35,785 nt of DNA. Origin: an uncultured Ignavibacteriales bacterium. Lineage in GTDB: Bacteria > Zixibacteria > MSB-5A5 > GN15 > JAAZOE01. Below, one piece after another: positions 7,106-17,252 of this stretch. The stretch lies in assembly GCA_964611355.1 (NCBI GenBank), contig CAZSYD010000023.1, positions 1-35,785 on the forward strand. Reading direction: 5' to 3'. Positions within the stretch are counted from its first letter, which is position 1. Every line of letters begins with the position of its first letter. The translations under genes and the position numbers were made by a program. A model generated the notes under the pieces. It saw only the letters and a list, made by a program, of their open reading frames with translations. It searched no databases and was not told where the DNA came from.

Positions 7106-9241
7106 ATGAAGTCTTTAAGGGATTATAGGAGTTGGGCCATCCTGATCTTCGGGGTGGCCTTTGTTATCCGCCTGATCTATCTCCTTCAGGTCAGATCGAA
7201 TCCCTTTTTCTACTCGCCGATGGTGGATGAGCTCTGGAATCTCAACTGGGCCACCGAGATTCTGGAAAAAAGCTTTTGGGGAAGTGAAGTCTATTTTCGC
7301 GGGCCGCTTTATCCTTACCTTCTGGCTTTGATATTGAAGGTGACCGGTTCCGATTATTTCTGGGCCCGGTTTATCCAGATGATTATCGCCTCAGCTTCGG
7401 TTTCGATGGCCTATCTTCTGGGGCGTGAATTTTTTTCCGAAAAGGTGGCTCGCCTTGGATCCGTTTTTTATGCCGTTTACGGAACCATGATTTTTTACGA
7501 GGCGATGTTTCTCATTCCGGTAATTTTCATCTTCCTGAACCTTTTGGGTTTAATTATCCTGGCCCGCAACCGTGATAATCCCCGCAAAAAACCTTACTTT
7601 CTTGCCGGTCTTGTCTTTGGACTGTCGGCTATTGCCCGGCCCAATATCCTGCTGATTGTGCCGATGCTGGCGCTGTGGATATTTTTCCATTTCCGCAAGA
7701 AAATCGAAACTCGTTCTATCGTTGTTCTTCTTCTGGTTTTCTTCATCGGCGTCGCACTGCCGATTGCACCGGTAACGGCCCGCAATTATGTTGTTGCCGA
7801 CGACCCGGTCATGATTTCATCGCAGGGCGGCGTAAATCTTTACCTCGGCAACAACACTATCGCCGAAGGGTTGACGATGATGATGCCGGAGATAGTCCTC
7901 GATGCCCGTATCCCCTGGGACAGGTTTAATCCAACCATATCGGAATATGCCGAAAAGGCTGTAGGGTACCCATTGAAACCGTCCGAGGTATCCGCCTTCT
8001 GGTCGAATAAGGCCAAGGAATTCATATTCGAGCATCCCGGCCAGTTTATTGGATTGACCTTCCGAAAACTGGTCTACTTTTTTTCCGGTTTCGAGAATTC
8101 CGATCAGACGGACATATATAATTTCACCAAATATTCACCGCTGATATCGATACTGATTTTCAACAAAATCCTGAAATTCCCTTTTGGTTTTTTTGCGCCG
8201 CTGGGTTTGATCGGAATCGGGCTATGCTGGTATCGAAGACGTGAGTTGGCCCCACTCTTAATCTTCTTTTTCGGGTATATACCGACAGTCATTCTCTTTC
8301 TTGTAACCGCCCGTCATCGACTAACGGTTATACCGATACTGCTCCTTTTTTCAGCCTATGCGATATTTTATCTCCGGGACAGGCTAAAGCTATCAAACCT
8401 GAAGAAAGCGGCCTGTCCGATTGCCGCCCTGATAATCCTTCTGGCCGTTATGAACACCAACTTTTTTGATCTTGGTTTTCAGAACGTATCCCAGATTCAT
8501 TACAGCTTGGCTTTGACGCATACTCGCCAGGGGAATTACGAGGAAGCGATAAAAGAGTATAAGCTGGCCATTGATAAGGCGCCCGCGGCCCCGGCGTTAT
8601 ACGTGGGGTTGGGAACCGCTTATTACAAAATGCAACGCCATCCGGATGCCATTGGGCAATTTACCCACGCCTTATCGCTCGATCCGGACTACGTTGACGC
8701 CCATGTTGGCCTTGGGATCACTTATTATGAAATGGGACGATTAGATAGAGCCGAACGGTCGCTCAGGCGAGCCGCAACGCTCGATCCGGATCGGATTGAG
8801 CCGTATATCAACCTGGGTGAGATTTATATGGCCCTGGAAAACCCGGAAATGGCGAGACGTTTTTTTGAAATCGCCCTGGAAATTGATCCGGACGACCATG
8901 TTCTTAATACCAAGCTGGGAGTACTTCACGGGCGGGCCGGCGATTCGGCCGCGGCTTATGATTATTTCCGTCAATCGCTGGAAATCAATCCGGATTATTC
9001 CGCCGGGTATCTTAACTGGGGCAACATCTGCCTGATAAACGGCGATACGGCAACGGCCATACAAAAATATAACCGGGCTATTGAACTCGACAGCCTGGCC
9101 CTTGAGCCTTACTACAACCTAACCCTTCTGTATATCAAACTGGGAAATTTGCAAAAGGCGCGGGAAAGCGTCGACGCCCTGCTAAGAATCGATCCTGACT
9201 TTGAAAAAGGCCTTGATTTGAAGCAAAGACTGGGCGGCTAA
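7106..9241 (+). CDS. GT-C fold (PMT_2/ArnT-like) membrane glycosyltransferase with a C-terminal TPR array
   Basis: N-terminal DE motif (MVDE), YFRGPLYPY, ARPN and multiple TM helices; about 7 TPR repeats after ~aa 460. Confidence 0.8.
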   Translation: MKSLRDYRSWAILIFGVAFVIRLIYLLQVRSNPFFYSPMVDELWNLNWATEILEKSFWGSEVYFRGPLYPYLLALILKVTGSDYFWARFIQMIIASASVSMAYLLGREFFSEKVARLGSVFYAVYGTMIFYEAMFLIPVIFIFLNLLGLIILARNRDNPRKKPYFLAGLVFGLSAIARPNILLIVPMLALWIFFHFRKKIETRSIVVLLLVFFIGVALPIAPVTARNYVVADDPVMISSQGGVNLYLGNNTIAEGLTMMMPEIVLDARIPWDRFNPTISEYAEKAVGYPLKPSEVSAFWSNKAKEFIFEHPGQFIGLTFRKLVYFFSGFENSDQTDIYNFTKYSPLISILIFNKILKFPFGFFAPLGLIGIGLCWYRRRELAPLLIFFFGYIPTVILFLVTARHRLTVIPILLLFSAYAIFYLRDRLKLSNLKKAACPIAALIILLAVMNTNFFDLGFQNVSQIHYSLALTHTRQGNYEEAIKEYKLAIDKAPAAPALYVGLGTAYYKMQRHPDAIGQFTHALSLDPDYVDAHVGLGITYYEMGRLDRAERSLRRAATLDPDRIEPYINLGEIYMALENPEMARRFFEIALEIDPDDHVLNTKLGVLHGRAGDSAAAYDYFRQSLEINPDYSAGYLNWGNICLINGDTATAIQKYNRAIELDSLALEPYYNLTLLYIKLGNLQKARESVDALLRIDPDFEKGLDLKQRLGG

Positions 9242-10179
9242 TACTTCCTGCGTCGTTCAATCATGTAGTTGGAACCGTCCAGCGATTTGGTATATTTCTT
9301 CAGATCAGCCAGCATATGTGACATCTCGCCAACGTGCCTGAAGACGTTACCCTCGTTGATGACCACGGCGATTGAAAGGGTCATAATCGGGTAAGTTTCC
9401 TCCTGACCGCGACGGCTCAGGGTAACAATATATCCCCGTCGGCGATCTTCTTCCTGATACCGGTACGGAATAAGAGTATCGAAAGTCCTGATAATATTAT
9501 CGCAGATATTGGGCACCAGGACGGGTGGAATTATATAAATAAAATCATCACCGCCGATATGTCCGACAAAACCTTCACGGCAGAGATCAAAGACCACATC
9601 TTTGATAATCCTGGCGGTCAGCCTGACAATCCTGTCGCCGTAAAAGTATCCGTAATAATCGTTGAAGGCCTTGAAATCATCCAGATCGGCATAGCAGACG
9701 GCAAATCCCTGCTCCAGTTCGATCTGACGTTCAATTTCCTTTTCAATAATGGCCGGACCGGGCAGGCGGCTGGATGGATTCACCGAGAGGTCCCGCACAG
9801 CTCGCTGAATCAGCATCGTTGTCTTGATCCTGGCGATATGAATCGGAACCGATTCGGAATAAAACTCCTCGGCGCTGTTCTCATAAGCCGCCAGGAGAGT
9901 ATTATCATTCGGGTCGGGATGGTATAGAATAGTCGGGATAATCGCCAGATAAGTATGATTCTTAATATGGCGCACCATATCGAGAAGCCGGAGGATAGAC
10001 TCATTCTCCGTCCTGGTCGTGCCCATGAAAACCAGGTCAAGGGGAAAACGCTGGGCCAGAGTAAGCAGCTCATCGGTGGTCTGGAAATAATGCCGGGAAA
10101 TTCGCCTGCCCTCGATCAGGCGGTTGAGATAATGTTCCACCTTGGCGCCATCGATATAACAGGCGATATGCGGCATCAA
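9238..10179 (-). CDS. GGDEF-domain protein with a degenerate receiver-like N-terminus
   Basis: [13 protein letters not shown]...[15 protein letters not shown]; start overlaps the xerD stop. Confidence 0.88.
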   Translation of the reverse strand: MMPHIACYIDGAKVEHYLNRLIEGRRISRHYFQTTDELLTLAQRFPLDLVFMGTTRTENESILRLLDMVRHIKNHTYLAIIPTILYHPDPNDNTLLAAYENSAEEFYSESVPIHIARIKTTMLIQRAVRDLSVNPSSRLPGPAIIEKEIERQIELEQGFAVCYADLDDFKAFNDYYGYFYGDRIVRLTARIIKDVVFDLCREGFVGHIGGDDFIYIIPPVLVPNICDNIIRTFDTLIPYRYQEEDRRRGYIVTLSRRGQEETYPIMTLSIAVVINEGNVFRHVGEMSHMLADLKKYTKSLDGSNYMIERRRKY

Positions 10180-11147
10180 CTACCCTCACTGCTGTTCGAA
10201 TCGCCATTCCCCAGGGAACGGGGATGAAACTGCCGGTGAACTTCCAGCAGATATTCTCGATCAAGGTGGGTATAAATCTGCGTTGTATTGATACTGCTGT
10301 GTCCCAAAAGCTCCTGGACAACCCGCAGATCAGCGCCGCCCTCCAGAAGATGGGTGGCAAAACTGTGGCGGAAGGTATGAGGCGTCGTTTTCTTCTTAAT
10401 GCCGGCTTTGAGTATATACCCGTGAATCAATTTCCACATTCCCGACCGGCTGAAACCCTGCCCCCGCCGGGTAATAAAAAGCCGATTGCTTTCTTTTTTC
10501 CCGGCCGCCAGCCTGGGACGCGAAAGCTTCAGGTATCTGCCGATTGCGGCGATGGCATACTGCCCCAGCGGCACCAGTCGTTCTTTGTTTCCTTTGCCTC
10601 GAACCATGATATAAGCAATCTCGGGCACATAAACCGAGCGGTCCAGACCGATCAGTTCTGAAATCCTCATGCCGGCAGCGTACAGCGTCTCCAGGATAGC
10701 GGCGTCGCGTATCTGCCGTATATCATTCTTATCGGGCAACGACAAAATCTTCTGCACCTCTCGTATCGAGAGAACCGCCGGCAGCTTGCGTGACAGGCGC
10801 GGCCCTTTGATATCCTTTACCTGAAAGGTGATTTCCGGCTGGAAATGGAGATATTTTTTTATGGCCGACAGCCGCCGGTTGATTGTGCTCGGATTAAGTC
10901 CGCAGGAATAAAGACCATTCAGGTACCGGGTAAGATCGTTTCTGGAAATATTTTCAAGCGGTTTAGCTCTCAAAAAGCGTAAAAAGCCATATATGTCGCG
11001 GCGATAGGCGTCAATCGTATTCGGCGACAGACCCTCTTCCATGGCCACAGCTCGCAGGAACGGTTCCACCCGCCGCCAAATATCATCACTAATTTTATAC
11101 TCGTCCGGCATGACCAAATTAATGGGAGATATCAAGTAATAATGCAA
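10176..11147 (-). CDS. xerD: Site-specific tyrosine recombinase XerD (start uncertain, perhaps ATG 11111)
   Basis: [59 protein letters not shown]. Confidence 0.92.
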   Translation of the reverse strand: MHYYLISPINLVMPDEYKISDDIWRRVEPFLRAVAMEEGLSPNTIDAYRRDIYGFLRFLRAKPLENISRNDLTRYLNGLYSCGLNPSTINRRLSAIKKYLHFQPEITFQVKDIKGPRLSRKLPAVLSIREVQKILSLPDKNDIRQIRDAAILETLYAAGMRISELIGLDRSVYVPEIAYIMVRGKGNKERLVPLGQYAIAAIGRYLKLSRPRLAAGKKESNRLFITRRGQGFSRSGMWKLIHGYILKAGIKKKTTPHTFRHSFATHLLEGGADLRVVQELLGHSSINTTQIYTHLDREYLLEVHRQFHPRSLGNGDSNSSEGS

Positions 11148-11153
11148 CTATTT

Positions 11154-11903
11154 TCAGACAGCCGTGGCCGCCACGGCGGCTATCACCCGTTTAACCGAAG
11201 CTTCCTCAAGGACACGGCTATTTTCGCGCAAGGTCGCGCCGGTTGTGGTAACGTCGTCAACCAGCAGTACCGTTTTCCCCTTTAGCATTTCTGTCTCGTC
11301 GTCAACCGCAAACGCTCCCCTCACGTTGGCCGGTCTTCTGGCTGCCGGAAGACGAGCCTGCTGGCGGGTTTTGCGGGTTGAATAGAGAACATCGACAAGA
11401 AGTCGAATTCCAAGGCAAAGGCCTATTTCGCGAGCGATCTCTTCGGCCTGATTGAAACCGCGCGCATATTGTCGGCTGGAATGAAGGGGAACGGGAACAA
11501 TAAAATCGATGGTGGGCATATTGGTCCAATCGGTAATCAACCGGGCCAATTTCCGGCCTAATGGCCCGGCAAGAGGTTTTAGACCGGCAAATTTCAGGTC
11601 GTGCAGGATGGTTTGCAGATGGCTGTCGAAATACCCGAGCGAGAAAACCGCCGGAGTCGATACACCACAGGAAGAACAACGAAGGGAATTATGAATAAAC
11701 TGCCTGCATTCAAGGCAATACGGGGCTTCCAGCCCGCAAACGGCGTTCCAGCATTTCCGGCAAACAAGGTGATCATCGGAGTCAGCCGGCAAACCGCACA
11801 GGCCGCAAACCGGAGGATAAATCAGATCGAGAAAATCGCCGGTTTCCGTTTTTATCAACCGACTGTATTTGGATACGAAATCGCTCATTACATCAGGCGG
11901 CAA
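11154..11903 (-). CDS. comF: ComF family protein (double zinc ribbon plus PRTase); start may be ATG 11888
   Basis: Four CxxC pairs, PVPLH...RGFNQ, LVDDVTTTGAT. Confidence 0.9.
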   Translation of the reverse strand: MPPDVMSDFVSKYSRLIKTETGDFLDLIYPPVCGLCGLPADSDDHLVCRKCWNAVCGLEAPYCLECRQFIHNSLRCSSCGVSTPAVFSLGYFDSHLQTILHDLKFAGLKPLAGPLGRKLARLITDWTNMPTIDFIVPVPLHSSRQYARGFNQAEEIAREIGLCLGIRLLVDVLYSTRKTRQQARLPAARRPANVRGAFAVDDETEMLKGKTVLLVDDVTTTGATLRENSRVLEEASVKRVIAAVAATAV

Positions 11904-12075
11904 ACCGTCGCTTTCATGTCAGGGCTTTCCAAGTAGAAAGATATTTCACGCTCATTTTCCCTGCTTTGTTTTCCCATTCGCCGCCGGAAGGAGAATTACA
12001 ATAATGACAAATTGGTCATCGATTGAGCCTGTCGAAGCGTGTTCCCTTTTTGCTGTTCGATTTTTGAACATATTT

Positions 12076-14256
12076 TTATGTCTGTGCCGTGTCCGTATTT
12101 TCGCCTTCACCGACGAGAGGATCAATATCAGCGCCCTTGGCCCGCTCGATGGATATTACGCCCCTGACACGTTTGACCTTATCGACGACCCGGTTTAGAT
12201 GCGACAGGTTTCTTATCTCAATTACAAACGAACCGACAACCGGCCCGCCTTTGCCCGAGATCTCGGCCCCTCTCACGTTGGCGTCGCCGTCAGAAATCGC
12301 CTGAGTGATATCCCGCAGCATGTTTTTGCGGTCCTCGAGGAGGGTATCCAGCCGGACAATAAACCATTGGTCCTTTTCAACATCCCATTCCACGTCGATC
12401 ACCCGCTCGGAAAACTGCGACAGCTCCAGGGCGGTAGTGCAATCGGCCCGATGGATGGTTATTCCCCGGCCGCGGGTGATGAATCCGATGATCTTTTCGC
12501 CGGGTACCGGCTGGCAACAGCCGGCAAAACGGAACATCATATTGCCCAATCCCTGAATCTTTATGCCCCGGCCGCTGCGAGCAGTGTCAAAAAACCTTTT
12601 TGCCAGCGACTTCTTTTCTTCCGGTTTTTCTTCCGGCCTGATCTTGGAAAGCACCTTCATGGCCGATACGCTGCCGTTCCCGACGGCATCAAGCAGGGCT
12701 TCGAAAGAAATAAACCCCATTCCCTGGGCAATATCTTCCATCTCCGGCGGCGAAAGCAGAGTGAGCTTCGCCTTTTTGAGTTCTCGATCCAGAATTTCGC
12801 GGCCCAGACTGACCGACTGTTCATACCCCTCCTGTTTCAACCAGCGTTTTATCTTGGATCGGGCCCTGGAAGTGCAGACTATTCTCAGCCAGTCGCGCGA
12901 AGGCTTTTGATTGGGCGAGGTCAAAATGGACACCTCATCGCCTGACTTCAGTTTTGCTCCCAGTGGCGCCATTTTACCGGATATCCTGGCGCCGGTTGTA
13001 TGCAAACCGACGTCGGTATGAATAGCGAATGCAAAATCAAGCGCCACGGAACCGGCCGGCAGATGAACCAGATCGCCGCCGGGGGTGAAGACGTAAATGT
13101 CTTCCTGAAGCAGATCAATTTTCAAAAACTCGAGAAACTCCGCCGGATTGGTCAAATCTTTCTGCCAGTCGAGCACCTCCCGGAGCCAGATCATCTGTTT
13201 GTCCGCCTTATCTATCTGCTGCCGCCCTTCCTTGTAAAGCCAGTGAGCGGCGATTCCGTTTTCCGCAATGTGGTGCATGGCATGAGTGCGAATCTGGATC
13301 TCGAGCATCCGTTCATCGGGACCAAAAACGGTGGTGTGCAGGGACTGGTAGCCGTTAGGCTTGGGATTAGCCATATAATCGTGAAAACGATCGGGAACCG
13401 GCTTCCACAGGGTATGAATAACACCGAGCACATGGTAACACTCCCGCTTGGTGGATACCAGAATGCGAATCGCAAACAGGTCATAGATTTTTTCCAGCGG
13501 GAGGTTACGCAGTTTCATTTTTCGGTAAATGCTGTCCAGGTTCTTGGCGCGGCCCGAAATCGATACCTTGACCCCTTCTTCCACAAGCGCCTTTTTGATG
13601 GGAGCGGTTACTTTATTAATATACTCTTCGCGTTCCTGCCGGGTCATCTCGATTTCCTGATGGATCGCTTTGTACTCCTCGGGCTGCAGATATTTGAACG
13701 ATAGATCCTCAAGCTCGGTTTTTATGCGGGCAACACCGAATCGATGCGCCAGCGGGGCGTAAACCTCCTTGGTTTCAGCGGCAATGCGAACCCTCTTCTC
13801 CGGATTGACGAATTCCAATGTTCGCATATTATGCAGTCGGTCGGCCAGTTTGATCAGAATCACCCGGATATCCCGAGCCATGGAAAGGAGCATCTTGCGG
13901 AAATATTCGACCTGTTCCTCCTCGCGCGATTTGAACTTGACCCGCCCCAGATTGGTAACGCCATCAACCAGCAGGGCAATTTCTTCGTCAAATTCCCTAC
14001 GGATTTCCTCGACGGTAACCGGCGTATCCTCGACGACATCATGAATCAGCCCGGCGGCAATAGTGGTTGAATCAAGGTGCTGTTCGGCAAGAATAAAGGC
14101 AACCTCAAGACAATGAGTAACATACGGCTCGCCTGATTCACGCTTTTGACCGGCGTGCACCCGCTCGGAGAATTCATACGCCTTGCGAATCAGCGGAATA
14201 TTGACGTTGGCATTAAACGCCTCGATCTGAATAATAAACTGAGCCAGATTTATCAT
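12076..14256 (-). CDS. spoT: Bifunctional (p)ppGpp synthetase/hydrolase, long RSH
   Basis: HDVVED hydrolase motif, KLADRLHNMRT, YQSLHT, EIQIRT, TGS, CCQPVPG and ACT domains. Confidence 0.96.
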   Translation of the reverse strand: MINLAQFIIQIEAFNANVNIPLIRKAYEFSERVHAGQKRESGEPYVTHCLEVAFILAEQHLDSTTIAAGLIHDVVEDTPVTVEEIRREFDEEIALLVDGVTNLGRVKFKSREEEQVEYFRKMLLSMARDIRVILIKLADRLHNMRTLEFVNPEKRVRIAAETKEVYAPLAHRFGVARIKTELEDLSFKYLQPEEYKAIHQEIEMTRQEREEYINKVTAPIKKALVEEGVKVSISGRAKNLDSIYRKMKLRNLPLEKIYDLFAIRILVSTKRECYHVLGVIHTLWKPVPDRFHDYMANPKPNGYQSLHTTVFGPDERMLEIQIRTHAMHHIAENGIAAHWLYKEGRQQIDKADKQMIWLREVLDWQKDLTNPAEFLEFLKIDLLQEDIYVFTPGGDLVHLPAGSVALDFAFAIHTDVGLHTTGARISGKMAPLGAKLKSGDEVSILTSPNQKPSRDWLRIVCTSRARSKIKRWLKQEGYEQSVSLGREILDRELKKAKLTLLSPPEMEDIAQGMGFISFEALLDAVGNGSVSAMKVLSKIRPEEKPEEKKSLAKRFFDTARSGRGIKIQGLGNMMFRFAGCCQPVPGEKIIGFITRGRGITIHRADCTTALELSQFSERVIDVEWDVEKDQWFIVRLDTLLEDRKNMLRDITQAISDGDANVRGAEISGKGGPVVGSFVIEIRNLSHLNRVVDKVKRVRGVISIERAKGADIDPLVGEGENTDTAQT

Positions 14257-14280
14257 ATTAGTATTATATAAGCAACCGAC

Positions 14281-15366
14281 TTAGCCGGCAAGTAGTCTGT
14301 TGTAAAGCTCGGCTGTTTTCTTTGCGTTTATTTCTATGTCGAAATGCTTTGATTTCTCAATCGAATTGCCCGACATGCGTTCTCTCTTCTCTCTGTCTGT
14401 CAAAAGGTCAATTACGGCATCGGCATAAGATTTCGCGTCGCGCGGACGGCACAATATGCCGTTGAAATTATATTCAGCCACTTCCGGCAAACCGCCGACG
14501 TCGGAAACTACCAGAGGTAGTCCGCAGGCGGCCGCCTCAATGGCGGAACTGTTAAGCCCCTCGCTGGTTGAGGTCAGGAGAAAAACATGAGCCGCCTTAA
14601 AAATCGGCGCCAGAGGTTCCCTGAATCCCGGCAGATAAACATTATCAAGGTTTTGTTCAGCGATCATTTTTTCAAGCCCTTCTCTTTCAGGGCCGTCACC
14701 CAGGATCAACATGGCGACACCTGAGATTTGCCCTAATACCAGTTCAAAAGCCCTCACGGCGGTGGCGAAATCCTTCTCCGGCGTCAAAGCTCCGGCAATT
14801 GCGATTATATGCTCATATCTGTCGGTTATTTCGGAAACAGTGGAGTCTTCCTTTACGGCGGCGCGAATCGATTTGAGGTCAAGGCCGGAAGGTATTATCT
14901 CAATGCGATCATTATCGATGCCTGTTGCTCGCAATGAATTCGCGACGGCTTTGCTGATAGCTATATAGTAACCGGCATGTCGCCGATACTTGTATCGAAC
15001 GCTCAGGCGGCCGGAGGGAGCGAAAACGACTCGCCGGGTGACAATCAGTTTCAGATGGGGAATTGATTTTTTCAATAATAAAGCCAGCGTATGGGCTTCG
15101 GAATCGTGGGCGTGGACGATATTTACATTATGATCTTCAATTGCCTTTTTTAGCGGGCGAAGAAATATTTTCCGAACCAGGGAACGTTTCGACAGAAACG
15201 CAATCGGAATATTCTCGATTCGTCCGCCTAATTCACTTCCTTCCGGGCAGGCGACAATCTGTTTGATCCCCTGTTTATGAAGGCATCGGCTTAAAAGGAA
15301 CACCTGCCGTTGCCCGCCCCGGAAGTCTTTTCCGGTATCGATATGCAAAACCGACGGCGATGTCAT
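14281..15366 (-). CDS. Glycosyltransferase family 4
   Basis: RGGQRQ, EGLNSSAIEA (EX7E), DVGGLPE. Confidence 0.9.
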   Translation of the reverse strand: MTSPSVLHIDTGKDFRGGQRQVFLLSRCLHKQGIKQIVACPEGSELGGRIENIPIAFLSKRSLVRKIFLRPLKKAIEDHNVNIVHAHDSEAHTLALLLKKSIPHLKLIVTRRVVFAPSGRLSVRYKYRRHAGYYIAISKAVANSLRATGIDNDRIEIIPSGLDLKSIRAAVKEDSTVSEITDRYEHIIAIAGALTPEKDFATAVRAFELVLGQISGVAMLILGDGPEREGLEKMIAEQNLDNVYLPGFREPLAPIFKAAHVFLLTSTSEGLNSSAIEAAACGLPLVVSDVGGLPEVAEYNFNGILCRPRDAKSYADAVIDLLTDREKRERMSGNSIEKSKHFDIEINAKKTAELYNRLLAG

Positions 15367-15384
15367 TATATCATAAATAGTCTG

Positions 15385-16146
15385 TTACCCGGTCTTTCGG
15401 GCTTTTGCCTGCAGTTCGCGCAGCTTGGCCAGCTTAATCAGCGTTCCGAACGAGGTTAAGCCGGCGATCATGAACCCTTCCCAGCCGTCGCGCCATCCTT
15501 TTTTAAATATGAGCTTTTTAATAAAGGCCATAATCGGTTTGACAATCAAATGATAACCATGGAACCGTTTCCCGGCTTCAAACATCTCTCTGGCGCCGAG
15601 GGTGGAATAATGATCGAGCTTGTGCATGTAATCTTCCAGGGTCGGGTAGGAATAATGCATCAACGGATTATGCAGGCGACCGGTTGGGCCCGTGACTTCG
15701 ACTTTTTCGTGCACCAGCGCGAGCGTGAAGCGCCCTGATGATTTTTTGAACAGGCGAAGGACATAATCGGGATACCACCCAGAATGCAAAATCCAGCGAT
15801 CAAGAAACCGCGTCTTGCGCGGGATGTAATAACCGCAGCATTCCGGTTCCGATTCCAAGAGTTGCCGGATCTCATTTTTCAGGGTGAATGAAACCTCTTC
15901 GTCGGCGTCGATCGACAATACCCATTCGCCCGTTGCCTTATCGAGGGCATATTGTTTGGCCGGCCCGAATCCCTTCCATTCAGGCCGGTAAACCCTGGCA
16001 TCGAAGTTCCGGGCGATCTCGAGAGTGCTATCGGTCGATTCGGTATCGACAATCACTATTTCATCAACCCAGGAAACCGAACGAAGGCACCGTTCGATGT
16101 TAGCCTCCTCGTTCTTGGTAATAATTATGGCTGATAGTTTTATCAT
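15385..16146 (-). CDS. Glycosyltransferase family 2, LPS core WaaE/KdtX-like
   Basis: IITKNEE, STDST, IDADE, WYPDYVLRLF, VHE. Confidence 0.9.
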   Translation of the reverse strand: MIKLSAIIITKNEEANIERCLRSVSWVDEIVIVDTESTDSTLEIARNFDARVYRPEWKGFGPAKQYALDKATGEWVLSIDADEEVSFTLKNEIRQLLESEPECCGYYIPRKTRFLDRWILHSGWYPDYVLRLFKKSSGRFTLALVHEKVEVTGPTGRLHNPLMHYSYPTLEDYMHKLDHYSTLGAREMFEAGKRFHGYHLIVKPIMAFIKKLIFKKGWRDGWEGFMIAGLTSFGTLIKLAKLRELQAKARKTG

Positions 16147-17252
16147 ATGGAATCCGCAGGCAAAAGCCTGACAACGGTGTCGTAAACGTCATCAACATCG
16201 ATGTCAAAGATATTATAATCGTTGCCCGAAATAACGGCGCCGCCTTCCTGATCGTGAGGTTTCCATAACCTGAAGTTTTTCCCGAAACGGGTGTACAGCC
16301 CGACCACCGGTACCTTAAAGGCCCGGGCGATATGAACCAGCGAAGTATCCGGCGTGATCAACATTCTCATCCGGCTGATAATGGCCGAGACTTCGAGAAG
16401 ATTCAGCCCGGCCGGCAGGGGATCGACGCGGGAGGAGAATTCGGCGGCAAGCGAAGCCGCCTTATCGTGTTCACGCGGATCGCATGTGATTACGATTCGG
16501 AAGGAAGGATACCTGTCCAGCAGGCGCCGGATCAGTTTTTCGTTTTTCGCCCTTTGCCAGACACGCGTCGGGCGGCCGGCGGAGATGTTAAGCCCGATCA
16601 TTCCTTTCGGTTCGGCGCTGTTAAGCGATGCGATAAATCTACTTGCCGTTTCCCGGAACTTCGCCGGTATCGTCGGCGGTACGTGTGTTTCAAGGTCGTT
16701 GGTATCGATACCGAAAGCAGACAGTAACTTGAGAGTGTTATCGATAATATGCGCTTCATTATCCGTCCGGTAACGGTAATTGAAATCGTAATACCCTTTA
16801 TGCCGGTTCTTCCCCAGCCCGATACGCCACGCGCGCCGTGAACTAAACTGCGTCAAAAACAACGCCGTTACAGAATCGTCGCAAACCAAGTCAACCACGG
16901 CATCCACATTCAGGCGGCGGATCTTGTTAATCGTACCAAGATCGCGCACGATATTTTTCCTATAAAGGAAGTTCTTGTCTATTCGTTCATCATTATTGAC
17001 TATGGCGATATTGCGCGGCGAGCTGATAGTAAACAACTCAAGGTGTGGATAGAGCTTTTTCAGGTTATGAAAGACCGGCAGGGAAATAATCATATCCCCA
17101 AGTTTTTCAGGCCTGATAAACAGAACCCGCTTGATCGATTTCGGATCGATAATCCCAAATTCCTCCCGCCCTTTTTTTAGAAAAACTGAAAAGGCAGTAA
17201 AAAATATCCGCTTGAAACCATGTTCGAGCGTTTTTAACAAGGATTTCCTCAT
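16143..17252 (-). CDS. Glycosyltransferase family 9 (heptosyltransferase-like)
   Basis: KLGDMII, TPDTSLVHIARA...PVVGLY. Confidence 0.9.
   Translation of the reverse strand: MRKSLLKTLEHGFKRIFFTAFSVFLKKGREEFGIIDPKSIKRVLFIRPEKLGDMIISLPVFHNLKKLYPHLELFTISSPRNIAIVNNDERIDKNFLYRKNIVRDLGTINKIRRLNVDAVVDLVCDDSVTALFLTQFSSRRAWRIGLGKNRHKGYYDFNYRYRTDNEAHIIDNTLKLLSAFGIDTNDLETHVPPTIPAKFRETASRFIASLNSAEPKGMIGLNISAGRPTRVWQRAKNEKLIRRLLDRYPSFRIVITCDPREHDKAASLAAEFSSRVDPLPAGLNLLEVSAIISRMRMLITPDTSLVHIARAFKVPVVGLYTRFGKNFRLWKPHDQEGGAVISGNDYNIFDIDVDDVYDTVVRLLPADSI

Noticed and set aside
10176..11147. Tyrosine recombinase as a phage or island integrase
   Set aside because: It has XerD-specific motifs and housekeeping neighbours, with no cargo or att repeats.
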